Assembly (NCBI GenBank): GCA_903836265.1
Contig: CAILQK010000258.1
Span: forward strand, 1 to 62,430
Reading direction: 5' to 3'
Source of the DNA: an uncultured Bacteroidota bacterium
GTDB taxonomy: Bacteria; Bacteroidota; Bacteroidia; Chitinophagales; Saprospiraceae
Length of the DNA: 62,430 bases
In this document: piece after piece, positions 9,392 to 18,327 of the stretch
How the letters are laid out: each line of letters begins with the position of its first letter
Numbering within the stretch: position 1 is the first letter of the stretch
Notes under the pieces: model-generated
The model's database searches: none
What the model was told of the DNA's origin: nothing
Seen by the model: only the letters and a program-made list of their open reading frames with translations
Translations under genes and position numbers: made by a program

Positions 9392-10798
9392 ATGCAAAAA
9401 AGCGTTTTGGTGGAAATTGTGACTTCCCTTCAGAAAAAAGAAATCAGGGAAGTATCCAGGTGGCTCAAGTCTCCTTCACACAATCAACGCAAAGATGTGA
9501 TTGATCTGTTCGATTACATGATTAAATATGCGACTGATTTTTCAGAAGCGTATCAAAAGGAGCGTGCATGGGAAGCGATTTACCCGAATCAGGCCTATGA
9601 CGATGCGTATATGCGTCAGGTCATGTATTTTCTGCTCAAAGCTATTGAAGAATATCTGGTTTTTACAGATTTTATGAACGACAGGGTAAAATTTCAGCTT
9701 TCCCTGGCGAGAACGTACCGAAAAAAAAAGCTGGAAAAGGCATACAAACAGGCTCACCGACTTGGCAGGGATACGCTGGAAGCACAGCCGCTGCGAAACG
9801 ACTGGTACCTGCTCAACCGCTTCTTTCTGGCTCAGGAGGAGTACGAGTACCTGATGAGTATTACCCAGAACGCACCTGTGAACCTGCAGGAGGCCGCCGA
9901 TGCACTGGAAAAATGGTTTCTGGAGGAAAGACTGCGCATCAGCAAGGATATGCTTGCGCACCACCACATCTTTCAGAAATTAAAATACGACCACGGGCTG
10001 ATAGATCAGGCCCTTGCCTATGTGGAAGAAAAGCAATTACTCTCGGAACCCTCCATTGCTGTTTATTACTTCACATATCGCGCCCTGACAGATCCGGCAG
10101 AAGAATCGCACTTCGACAAGCTCGAACACCTGATTCAGCACGAAAGCAACCGGTTCCTGCCTTCCGAAATAAGAACGCTGTACCTCGCTGCTCTCAACTA
10201 TTGTGTCTCCAAAATAAACCAGGGCCGGCAGGATTTTGCACGACGAGCCTTTATGCTGTATCGCCAGGGCCTGGAAGAACAAATTCTGCTTGAAAACAAC
10301 ACGGTGTCCAGATATACATTCGGCAACGCCGTGGGAGCAGCCCTCCGGAACCGCGAATATGAATGGGCAGAAAAATTTATCACCGACTTTCAGCACCACC
10401 TCGACGAGAAGGAACGTACGAGTATCGTCAATTTCAATCTTTCAAGGATTTACTTTGAAAAAAATGATTACGACAGGGCACAGGATCTGCTCATGAAGTT
10501 TGAGTACGATGACATGCTGTTCAATATCATCGCCAAAACAATGCTCCTGAAAATTTACTACGAAAAAGATGAATCTGACGCCTTCGAATCGCTGCTGGAA
10601 AGTATGAGAACGTATCTTCAACGAAAGGAAGCCCTGGATCCGGCGCGAAAAACAGCCTTCAAAAATATGATCAGTCTGATGAAAAAGCTGCTGAACCTGA
10701 ATATCTACTCAAAGGCACAACGGGAAAAATTCCGCGAAACAGTCGAAAAAACGAGCCCACTGGCCGAAAGGGAGTGGCTACTGAAACAGATTGAGTAG
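9392..10798 (+). CDS. conserved hypothetical all-helical/TPR-like cytoplasmic protein (468 aa)
   Basis: Long ORF with no signal peptide; TPR-like C-terminal segments (NLSRIYFEKNDYDRAQDLL); divergent from the T9SS cargo gene. Confidence 0.75.
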   Translation: MQKSVLVEIVTSLQKKEIREVSRWLKSPSHNQRKDVIDLFDYMIKYATDFSEAYQKERAWEAIYPNQAYDDAYMRQVMYFLLKAIEEYLVFTDFMNDRVKFQLSLARTYRKKKLEKAYKQAHRLGRDTLEAQPLRNDWYLLNRFFLAQEEYEYLMSITQNAPVNLQEAADALEKWFLEERLRISKDMLAHHHIFQKLKYDHGLIDQALAYVEEKQLLSEPSIAVYYFTYRALTDPAEESHFDKLEHLIQHESNRFLPSEIRTLYLAALNYCVSKINQGRQDFARRAFMLYRQGLEEQILLENNTVSRYTFGNAVGAALRNREYEWAEKFITDFQHHLDEKERTSIVNFNLSRIYFEKNDYDRAQDLLMKFEYDDMLFNIIAKTMLLKIYYEKDESDAFESLLESMRTYLQRKEALDPARKTAFKNMISLMKKLLNLNIYSKAQREKFRETVEKTSPLAEREWLLKQIE

Positions 10799-10880
10799 TT
10801 TTGCGTTTCTTTGCGGTATATCCCTGACAATCCGGGATGCAAATTTCAGTATCATCAGGTAATAAAAACGTACAAAAACC

Positions 10881-11600
10881 TTGAAAAAAGGATACCAGGT
10901 AGCGCTTCTCGTGCTGGTAGTACTGCTCATTGACCAGGCTACCAAGTTCTACATAAAAACAACCTTCGAGTACAACAGCGAAGTGCTCATTTTCGGACAG
11001 GAGTGGGCACGCCTGCACTTTGTTGAAAATGAAGGTATGGCTTTCGGAATGACCCTCGACTGGGAATATGGCAAACTCACCCTGAGCCTGTTCCGTATTC
11101 TCATGGTGGCCGGACTCATTTTCTGGATCAAAACTCTGATTGAGGAAAAAATGCCTGCGGGTTTTATCATGAGCGTGGGGCTCATCACCGCAGGAGCACT
11201 CGGAAATATCATTGACAGCGTTGTTTATGGTATGATTTTCAGCGCATCACCCTACCACGGCGGTCTGGCAGAGGTAGTGCCCTGGGGTACCGGATATGCC
11301 TCTCTCCTCCATGGGAAAGTTGTGGACATGTTCTATTTCCCCATACACACCTGGGAACTGCCCGACGGAGACACTTTTACTTTTTTCAGCCCGATATTCA
11401 ACGTGGCAGATGCTGCAATTACAACGGGGGTACTCAGCATCCTGATATTCCAGCGGCGCTTTTTCCGCGACAGCACGGAATCAAAAACGGCTCAAACGCC
11501 TGCATCAACGGAGGCATTCTCCAACAGTGATACACCGGCCGCCGAAAGTGACATTGCTGAAAGTCAGGAATCTGATCAGTCAGATGCCGGCAAATTCTGA
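10881..11600 (+). CDS. lspA: lipoprotein signal peptidase II
   Basis: DQATK, ENEGMAFG, GALGNIIDS, VVDM and IFNVADAAI motifs; TTG start. Confidence 0.92.
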   Translation: MKKGYQVALLVLVVLLIDQATKFYIKTTFEYNSEVLIFGQEWARLHFVENEGMAFGMTLDWEYGKLTLSLFRILMVAGLIFWIKTLIEEKMPAGFIMSVGLITAGALGNIIDSVVYGMIFSASPYHGGLAEVVPWGTGYASLLHGKVVDMFYFPIHTWELPDGDTFTFFSPIFNVADAAITTGVLSILIFQRRFFRDSTESKTAQTPASTEAFSNSDTPAAESDIAESQESDQSDAGKF

Positions 11601-12136
11601 TATTTGAAATCTGCCGACAGGAGGCTGTACACAGCTGTATCGAGAAATTTGTCCCTGAATTTGTAATTCTCCCTGAAAAAGGCTTCTCTGATGAAGCCAC
11701 ACCGCTCCAGAACCCGGACAGAGCGGGAATTACCGGGATTCACATGGGCTTCAACGGAATGCAGCCCCGCTTCGGTGAAGGCAAAACGCAGAACGGACAT
11801 GAGCGCCTCTGTCATCAGCCCGTTACCCTGACGCCTCTTGTCAAGCAAATAACCGATCTCTCCGCGACTGTTCTTCTGGTCTATTCTCCAGATTCCTGCA
11901 TAACCAATCATGCCGGAATCCGGTTTCTCTTCCAGAACCCAGTTGTAGCCGGCTCCCTGTTGCCCGTCGCGCTGCATTCCGGCAATCATATCAGCGGCTT
12001 CTCCGACCGTTTGCATGGGCTCCCTGTCGAGGTAGTGCATCCGGTCGGGGTCTGACCGAAGCCGGAAAAGGGCCCCGGCATCGTCCATCCTGAACGGGCG
12101 GAGAAGCAGTCGTGCCGAATGAAGCTCTTCAAACAT
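11576..12136 (-). CDS. GNAT N-acetyltransferase, RimJ/RimL family
   Basis: RLLLRP, EIGYLL, QGNGLMTEAL, N.RS.RVLERCGF.RE. Confidence 0.88.
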   Translation of the reverse strand: MFEELHSARLLLRPFRMDDAGALFRLRSDPDRMHYLDREPMQTVGEAADMIAGMQRDGQQGAGYNWVLEEKPDSGMIGYAGIWRIDQKNSRGEIGYLLDKRRQGNGLMTEALMSVLRFAFTEAGLHSVEAHVNPGNSRSVRVLERCGFIREAFFRENYKFRDKFLDTAVYSLLSADFKYQNLPASD

Positions 12137-14448
12137 TATTCCACGATGATTTCATCGAAGAACAACCATGCTCCGTTGCCTCCGCCGGGAGCATCTGCCG
12201 GAATCTTTCCAAAATTGGTTCCGACGAATTTTATGTAGCGCCCCCGGGCTCCGGGCGTCTCCAGTTCGACTGTCTCTACCGAAATCCCCTGCATCTCGTC
12301 GGAATTGAATTTGCGGCGGGCCACTTCTCTGAAGTCGGTTCCGTTATCAGAGACGGACACCACTATTTCGCGTGGCGGATATATCCAGGCCACTTTTGCA
12401 TTGGCGAAATGCGTGGTGATACGGGAAAAATCGGTTTCAGCACCAAGATCAATTACAGGATCCATGTCATACCCCTCCTGGGCCACCCAGTTGTTCCAGG
12501 CTTTGGGAGCTCCGACTACTCCGTTCGTCAGTCCGTACTGCTCCCCGCCGGTATATTTTTCTGGCTGATGACTCATGGTATAAGGCTTTCCGCTGGCCTT
12601 GTGAACCATGTACTGCACTGTACGGGTAGCGCCAGCCTGTTTTGTGCGCTGAAAGGCAGCCGCCCTGATGGTGGCTGACTTCGTCAGTTCGAAGGGACCT
12701 CTGTAACGCGCAGAGCTTCCACCGGGCTCGGTACCGTCAGTGGTATAGCGAATCTCGAAATCGGGCAACCCTACACTCAGGCTCACCTTGCCATCAGTGT
12801 AGGATGCATTTACATCAAAGATAGCCCTGGAGTAGTTCACTTTCAGCGCATCCAGCCGTCTGAAGTGAGTGATCATCCTTCTGCTGAAGTCAGAAAAATC
12901 CTTTCTGGCTACCGGCGACCAGGCGATTTCAGCCAGCGCACAGGTGCGCGGGAAAGCCATGTACTCCAGTTTGCTTTCCGTTTTGATGTACTCTGTCCAG
13001 ATATTGCCCTGTACTCCGAGAATTCTTTTGGCCTCATCAGCAGTGAAACCGGCAGGTACCGGATCATAGGCATACACCTTGTCAACAGGCAGATAGCCGC
13101 CGATGGCCAGCGGCTCTGTGGCAGGATCACCCTGATAATAGTCAAAGTAAACAGCCGAGGTGGGCGTCATGATGGCATCGTGACCCGCGCGAGCAGCCGC
13201 AATTCCGCCTTCTGTACCGCGCCAGCTCATTACTGTGGCAGTAGGGGCCAGCCCTCCCTCCAGAATTTCGTCCCAGCCTATCAGTTTTTTCCCGTGTCTG
13301 GCCAGAATGGCCTCTGCACGCCTGATGAAATAGCTTTGCAGTTCATGCGTGTCCCTGAGTCCGTTGTCCTTCATTCGCTGCTGGCATTTCTGACATACTT
13401 CCCAGCGTGTTTTGGGACATTCATCGCCACCAATATGCACGTACGGACCGGGGAAAAGAGAACAAACCTCTTCGAGTACTCCTTCTATGAACTGGAATGT
13501 TTCATCATTCCCTGCACAAAATACATCGTCAAATACACCCCACTTCTGCTGGGCCTTGTACGGTCCGCCTGTACATCCGAGATTCGGATAGGCACTGAGG
13601 GCAGCCAGGGCGTGTCCCGGCATTTCAATTTCGGGAATTACCGTGACAAAACGCTTTTGGGCGTACTCGACCACCTCGCGAACTTCGTCCTGCGTATAGA
13701 TGCCACAGTACCTGATACTGTCGAAACGCTGTGGTGAATCCGAGTAGTGGCCAACGAGCGTACCCTCCCGGCATGCTGCGACAGTCTGCAGACGCGGATA
13801 TTTTTTTATCTCGATTCGCCAGCCCTGATCCTCGGTAAGGTGCCAGTGGAATGTATTGATCTTCTGTGAAGCTATAACATCAATAAACTTCTTCACGAAA
13901 CTGACCGGGAAGAAATGGCGACCCACATCAAGGTGCATTCCCCTGTAGGAAAAACGGGGCTCATCCTGGATATAGCAGGCCGGAACCACCCAGCCACCAG
14001 ACATGGACACCTTTTCCTGACTGAATATCTCGACCGGGAGAATCTGCCGCAAAGTCTGTACCGCGTAAAAGGCACCCGCAGCCGTACGCGCGCGTATGAC
14101 AATATTCACCGGACTGACTTCCAGCCTGTATCCCTCGGGATGCTGGATTTCCTCATCCCTGATCAGATATATACCGTTCTCGTCCGGACTTTTCGGGGCC
14201 TTGTTGTATGCCTGGGCAGGAAGTTTGTACCCGGTAGCAGGAGCAAGAGACAAGGTCAGGTATTCTGCAGCAACAGCCCACCCGGGATCATTTTTGGGTG
14301 AAAACACCTTTGTTTTGGCAGTCAGTGTGAATGTCCCCTCTTTGGGTAAAACAGCCACGGGCTTCGGAATAATCTGGAAAACATGCGCAGTCTGGCTGAA
14401 GGCCGCCATTGGAAAGAGCACCAGAAATATCAGGTTTCGGATTTTCAT
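12136..14448 (-). CDS. GH20 beta-N-acetylhexosaminidase with Fn3-like and discoidin-like C-terminal domains
   Basis: RGMHLDVGRHF, HWHLTEDQGWR, EIEMPGH and catalytic HIGGDE; signal peptide from ATG14448. Confidence 0.93.
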   Translation of the reverse strand: MKIRNLIFLVLFPMAAFSQTAHVFQIIPKPVAVLPKEGTFTLTAKTKVFSPKNDPGWAVAAEYLTLSLAPATGYKLPAQAYNKAPKSPDENGIYLIRDEEIQHPEGYRLEVSPVNIVIRARTAAGAFYAVQTLRQILPVEIFSQEKVSMSGGWVVPACYIQDEPRFSYRGMHLDVGRHFFPVSFVKKFIDVIASQKINTFHWHLTEDQGWRIEIKKYPRLQTVAACREGTLVGHYSDSPQRFDSIRYCGIYTQDEVREVVEYAQKRFVTVIPEIEMPGHALAALSAYPNLGCTGGPYKAQQKWGVFDDVFCAGNDETFQFIEGVLEEVCSLFPGPYVHIGGDECPKTRWEVCQKCQQRMKDNGLRDTHELQSYFIRRAEAILARHGKKLIGWDEILEGGLAPTATVMSWRGTEGGIAAARAGHDAIMTPTSAVYFDYYQGDPATEPLAIGGYLPVDKVYAYDPVPAGFTADEAKRILGVQGNIWTEYIKTESKLEYMAFPRTCALAEIAWSPVARKDFSDFSRRMITHFRRLDALKVNYSRAIFDVNASYTDGKVSLSVGLPDFEIRYTTDGTEPGGSSARYRGPFELTKSATIRAAAFQRTKQAGATRTVQYMVHKASGKPYTMSHQPEKYTGGEQYGLTNGVVGAPKAWNNWVAQEGYDMDPVIDLGAETDFSRITTHFANAKVAWIYPPREIVVSVSDNGTDFREVARRKFNSDEMQGISVETVELETPGARGRYIKFVGTNFGKIPADAPGGGNGAWLFFDEIIVE

Positions 14449-14522
14449 GCAAAAAACGGATTTTGAGTGCAAGGTAAATTTACATTGTCCAATATTCCAA
14501 ATATCGCGCCACAACATGCAAT

Positions 14523-14915
14523 TCAGTGTTTTTCCGATACATATAATATAGTGTCAAGAACGGCACGACCCGGCAGAGAAATATCGGCAAACAGACTCCC
14601 GTACACCACATGCGGATAGTGCAGACTGTCGTAACCGAACGCTATGAGCCAGTGTTTACCTTCCGGAACAGGTGCAATACAGCCTTTTGCATCATCACCC
14701 GTAAGGAATACTGCATCGAAATACGAGGGTGGATTTTCATAACCCGGAAAGGAATCCGCGTCAAATTTCACATAGACTGCAGCCGCAGGAATGGGCTGTC
14801 CATGATGGGATGTTTTGACGCAGATTTTCGTCGGGAGCGGAATCTCTTCGGGAGCCGCAGGGCGACAGCCGGCGAAAAGGCAGACACACAAAAGCATCGG
14901 GAAAACTGAATGCAT
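14523..14915 (-). CDS. hypothetical lipoprotein (130 aa)
   Basis: Lipobox FAGC; small beta-sandwich-like sequence. Confidence 0.65.
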   Translation of the reverse strand: MHSVFPMLLCVCLFAGCRPAAPEEIPLPTKICVKTSHHGQPIPAAAVYVKFDADSFPGYENPPSYFDAVFLTGDDAKGCIAPVPEGKHWLIAFGYDSLHYPHVVYGSLFADISLPGRAVLDTILYVSEKH

Positions 14916-14990
14916 GCGGGGAAAGAGTTAATTTTTTTCAGAGAACAAAGCTAACTCTAAATTGATCCCGGTGTACTCGTAAATTTTCGC

Positions 14991-14998
14991 TATTTTTG
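14991..14998 (+). promoter_or_regulatory. Bacteroidota -7 promoter element for fbp
   Basis: TATTTTTG matches TAnnTTTG, ~90 nt before the fbp ATG. Confidence 0.5.
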
Positions 14999-15086
14999 TA
15001 ACGCTCTAACCAAAACACCCGAACTGGCAGGTTCTTCTGACCCCGACCGGTTCGGGAAAGGTGGTTGTTAACCAAAACGAACAGTC

Positions 15087-16154
15087 ATGCCAAAGAATCT
15101 GACCAGGCCCGATGTGCCACATGCCATCGCTCCACCACCCATTCCCGACAACAGGATTGTCACCCTCGACGAGTTTATCATTCGCTCTGAAAAAGATTTT
15201 GAATATGCGACGGGAGAGCTCACCGGACTGCTCCGCGATATTGGCGTTGCAGCCAAGATCATCAACCGGGAGGTAAACAAGGCCGGACTGGTGAATATTC
15301 TGGGAGTTTCCAGCGGCAACGAGAATCAGAGCGGCGACGTTCAGCAGAAGCTGGATGTTTATGCCAACGAGCGGCTTGTTGAATGCCTGCAGAACTCCGG
15401 TGAATGTTGCGCAGTAGCCTCCGAGGAAAACGACGATATCATTCCAGTGCCGGGAGTTGGCTACAAGCCCAACCATTATGTCGTACTGTTTGATCCGCTC
15501 GATGGCTCTTCCAACATTGACGTAAATGTATCGGTAGGTACTATTTTTGCCATTTACAGGAGAATCAGCGACCCGTCGGGCCCACCCTCCCGGGAAGATT
15601 TTCTTCAGCCCGGCAAGCGGCAGGTCGCAGCAGGATATGTTTTGTATGGTACCTCCACGATACTCGTTTACACCACCGGACGCGGAGTGAACGGCTTCAC
15701 GCTCGACCCGAGTATCGGGGAGTTCTGTCTGAGCCACCGGAATATGCGCATCCCCGACAACGGGCAGAATTATTCGGTCAATCAGGGCTATTACTCCAAG
15801 TTTGACCTGGAAATGCGCCGATATATAGATCACTGCTCCGACCAGAATTATGGTCTCCGGTATATCGGAAGTATGGTCAGTGATATTCACCGGATTCTGA
15901 TACACGGAGGAATTTTTCTGTATCCAAGTACCAGGAAATACCCCGGAGGCAAACTCCGGTTGCTGTACGAGTGCAACCCGCTGGCCATGATTGTTGAACA
16001 GGCCGGAGGCAAGGCCATCAATACCGGTCTGAAACGAATTCTCGATATTGCGCCCGGGGAGCTGCACCAGCGGTCAACGGTAGCACTGGGCTCGCCAGCC
16101 ATGGTGGACGAGCTGAAAGCATTCATCGAGCGGTACTCGGCACTTCCGATATAG
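15087..16154 (+). CDS. fbp: class 1 fructose-1,6-bisphosphatase
   Basis: QQKLDV, ASEE, FDPLDGSSNIDVN, RYIGSMV and GKLRLLYECNP motifs. Confidence 0.96.
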   Translation: MPKNLTRPDVPHAIAPPPIPDNRIVTLDEFIIRSEKDFEYATGELTGLLRDIGVAAKIINREVNKAGLVNILGVSSGNENQSGDVQQKLDVYANERLVECLQNSGECCAVASEENDDIIPVPGVGYKPNHYVVLFDPLDGSSNIDVNVSVGTIFAIYRRISDPSGPPSREDFLQPGKRQVAAGYVLYGTSTILVYTTGRGVNGFTLDPSIGEFCLSHRNMRIPDNGQNYSVNQGYYSKFDLEMRRYIDHCSDQNYGLRYIGSMVSDIHRILIHGGIFLYPSTRKYPGGKLRLLYECNPLAMIVEQAGGKAINTGLKRILDIAPGELHQRSTVALGSPAMVDELKAFIERYSALPI

Positions 16155-16197
16155 CGCACAGTTTGAACAAAGACGCCCTTGCAGCGTTCATTCGGGT

Positions 16198-16614
16198 ATG
16201 TCTTTAACTGCACTGTTGTTCCCGCTCATAATGATGCAAACTGCTTCTGCTGAACTGAAAATCTCTTTTTCCAACCTGAAAGAGGCCAAAGGCCAGCTCT
16301 ATGTGGCTGTCTATGCCACAGAGTCCGATTTTCTGAATACCGACAAAGTATATGCACAGCAAATTGTTCCGGTAAAGCAGTCCGGCGACCTTGAAATGAC
16401 CTTTGCTCTGCCACCGGGAAAGTACGCAATAAGTTGCTTTCACGATGTAAACAGCAATGGCAAACTGGACACCAATCTGGTGGGTATTCCATCGGAGCCG
16501 TACGGTTTTTCCAATAACGCAAGGCCCCGCTTCCGTCCGCCCTACTGGTCAGAGGCCTGTTTCAGTCTTCCGGCCGGCACAACAAGGCACCCTGTCAGGC
16601 TTGATACATGGTAA
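16198..16614 (+). CDS. DUF2141 family protein
   Basis: GKYAISCFHDVNSNGKLDTNLVGIPSEPYGFSNN signature. Confidence 0.88.
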   Translation: MSLTALLFPLIMMQTASAELKISFSNLKEAKGQLYVAVYATESDFLNTDKVYAQQIVPVKQSGDLEMTFALPPGKYAISCFHDVNSNGKLDTNLVGIPSEPYGFSNNARPRFRPPYWSEACFSLPAGTTRHPVRLDTW

Positions 16615-16615
16615 T

Positions 16616-17065
16616 TTATTTTCGCCTTGTATCAATGATATACTGAATCTTCCAGCCTTCGCCGGTACGAACCAGCTGAAGCGAGTTGGTGCCTGTGTGC
16701 GAAACTTCGCCGTTCAGATAAAAAGTGTAGGGCGCCCACACACTCGCGAGCGACTCTTCAGTCAGTACCTTTCCGAAAGTAATCCGCTCCTCGAATTCAT
16801 TTTTTCTGGGAGCGCCAATGAGTGATACGAATTCGGCGAAACTGTCGGTTTTCACTGCAGTCACTGCACCTGTGCTGTCTGTCCTGCACGTTTGCAGAAT
16901 CATACTGCCCGTACAGGCGCTCCTGAGCAATACGGTGTCGCCCCTGTTCATTCCATCGAAAAAGCGATTGACAACCTCCCTTACCTCATACTCCCGGGTC
17001 TGGGCTGCCGTATGTTGTGCGCCCCAGAAGAGGCATAGTGCGAGAATAGTGCGCGATATTTTCAT
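16616..17065 (-). CDS. secreted NTF2-like (lumazine-binding-like) protein
   Basis: Signal peptide from ATG17065; LASVWAPYTFY...HTGTNSLQL...GWKI.YIIDTRR. Confidence 0.8.
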   Translation of the reverse strand: MKISRTILALCLFWGAQHTAAQTREYEVREVVNRFFDGMNRGDTVLLRSACTGSMILQTCRTDSTGAVTAVKTDSFAEFVSLIGAPRKNEFEERITFGKVLTEESLASVWAPYTFYLNGEVSHTGTNSLQLVRTGEGWKIQYIIDTRRK

Positions 17066-17215
17066 TGATAAAGTAATTTTGCCGCATCCGGGAAGCGGGC
17101 CTTTTTTGAACTGGCATGAGAACGCGGAACGAGCTTCCGCTGCAAAAGTGCCCGAATTGGCCGGACTGGTGCAATAATCTGGCAGATTTGACATAATTTT
17201 AACCGGAATACCTTC

Positions 17216-17520
17216 ATGGAAGAAACATTTGAGGAGATAATACAGTCGTCCAGACCAGTACTGATTGATTTTTTGCCACCTGGTGTGGCCCCTGCAGGGC
17301 AATGGCGCCGGTGCTCTCGGAACTCGGGACCAGACTGGGCGACCGGATCTCCATTGTTGAAATAGATGTTGACCAGCATACTGACCTGGCAGTCAAAATG
17401 AAAGTTATGGGAGTACCTACTTTTATGATTTATAAAAATGGTCGTCAACTTTGGTCGGAAGCTGGAACCTTCACCTTCGAAACCCTGAAAAAAAAGCTTG
17501 AAGATGCTGAAAACCAGTAA
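17216..17520 (+). pseudogene. trxA: thioredoxin, frameshifted at a T6 run (sequencing error or true lesion)
   Basis: MEETFEEIIQSSRPVLIDF in one frame; ATWCGPCRAMAPV...IDVD...GVPTF in another. One extra T at 17269-17274 restores a 101-aa Trx. Confidence 0.85.
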
Positions 17521-18325
17521 AATATCATTAATTTTATCTTCATTGATCTTTTTGTACTCATGCTCGGAAGAGAAGCCTGCTCCCGGCACCGGAACGCCCC
17601 GCGCGAAGAAACAGGATACCAGAGAGATATCCGGGAAAGCTCCTGAACCGGCTGCCGGCAGAGAAAAGCCTGTGAGCCCGGTAAAGCCGGCACTTGACAG
17701 AGATTACCTGATGGGCAAATTTGAGCCTTCGAAACATCCTGATTTTGTGTCTGTGAAGGCCCCCTACACCGACAGACAGGGAATGATGCTGCGCCGTGAA
17801 ACTTTTGAAGCCTTCCGGGAGATGTGGAAAGCTGCCAAAAAGGAAGGTGTTGAGCTGAATATCAAGTCTTCAACCAGAAATTTTCAGCAACAGAAGGCTA
17901 TTTGGGACAGCAAATGGAAAAAATATGCGAAGGAAAAGCCCGGAGCCAGAGAGCGCGCGCTGAAAATACTGGAGTACTCCGCCATGCCCGGAGCTTCGCG
18001 CCATCACTGGGGTACCGATGTGGATCTGAACGACCTGAACAATACTTCCATGGAATCGGGCGGGAAATACAGGAAAGTGTATGACTGGCTGGCTGCACAC
18101 GCTCATGAGTACGGGTTTTGTCAGCCCTACACGGCAGGCCGTACGGCAGGCTACAAGGAAGAGAAGTGGCACTGGAGCTATACTCCGCTCAGTCAGGGCT
18201 ATACCGACCGGTTTCGGGAACTGATCACAGACGAAGATTTCAGCGGATTCTCGGGCTCTTCATCGGCCACGGAGATAAAAGTAGTAAAAAACTACGTACT
18301 GGGTATCAACGAAAAATGCAGATAA
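17504..18325 (+). CDS. M15B (VanY-like) D-Ala-D-Ala carboxypeptidase lipoprotein
   Basis: Lipobox LYSC; SSTRNF.QQ, PGASRHHWGTDVD, EKWHW. Confidence 0.88.
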   Translation: MLKTSKISLILSSLIFLYSCSEEKPAPGTGTPRAKKQDTREISGKAPEPAAGREKPVSPVKPALDRDYLMGKFEPSKHPDFVSVKAPYTDRQGMMLRRETFEAFREMWKAAKKEGVELNIKSSTRNFQQQKAIWDSKWKKYAKEKPGARERALKILEYSAMPGASRHHWGTDVDLNDLNNTSMESGGKYRKVYDWLAAHAHEYGFCQPYTAGRTAGYKEEKWHWSYTPLSQGYTDRFRELITDEDFSGFSGSSSATEIKVVKNYVLGINEKCR

Positions 18326-18327
18326 CA

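Noticed and set aside
15006..16067. 353-aa minus-strand ORF
   Set aside because: Antisense shadow of fbp.
17066..17302. N-terminal extension of the NTF2-like ORF
   Set aside because: Overlaps the divergent thioredoxin; the signal peptide starts at 17065.
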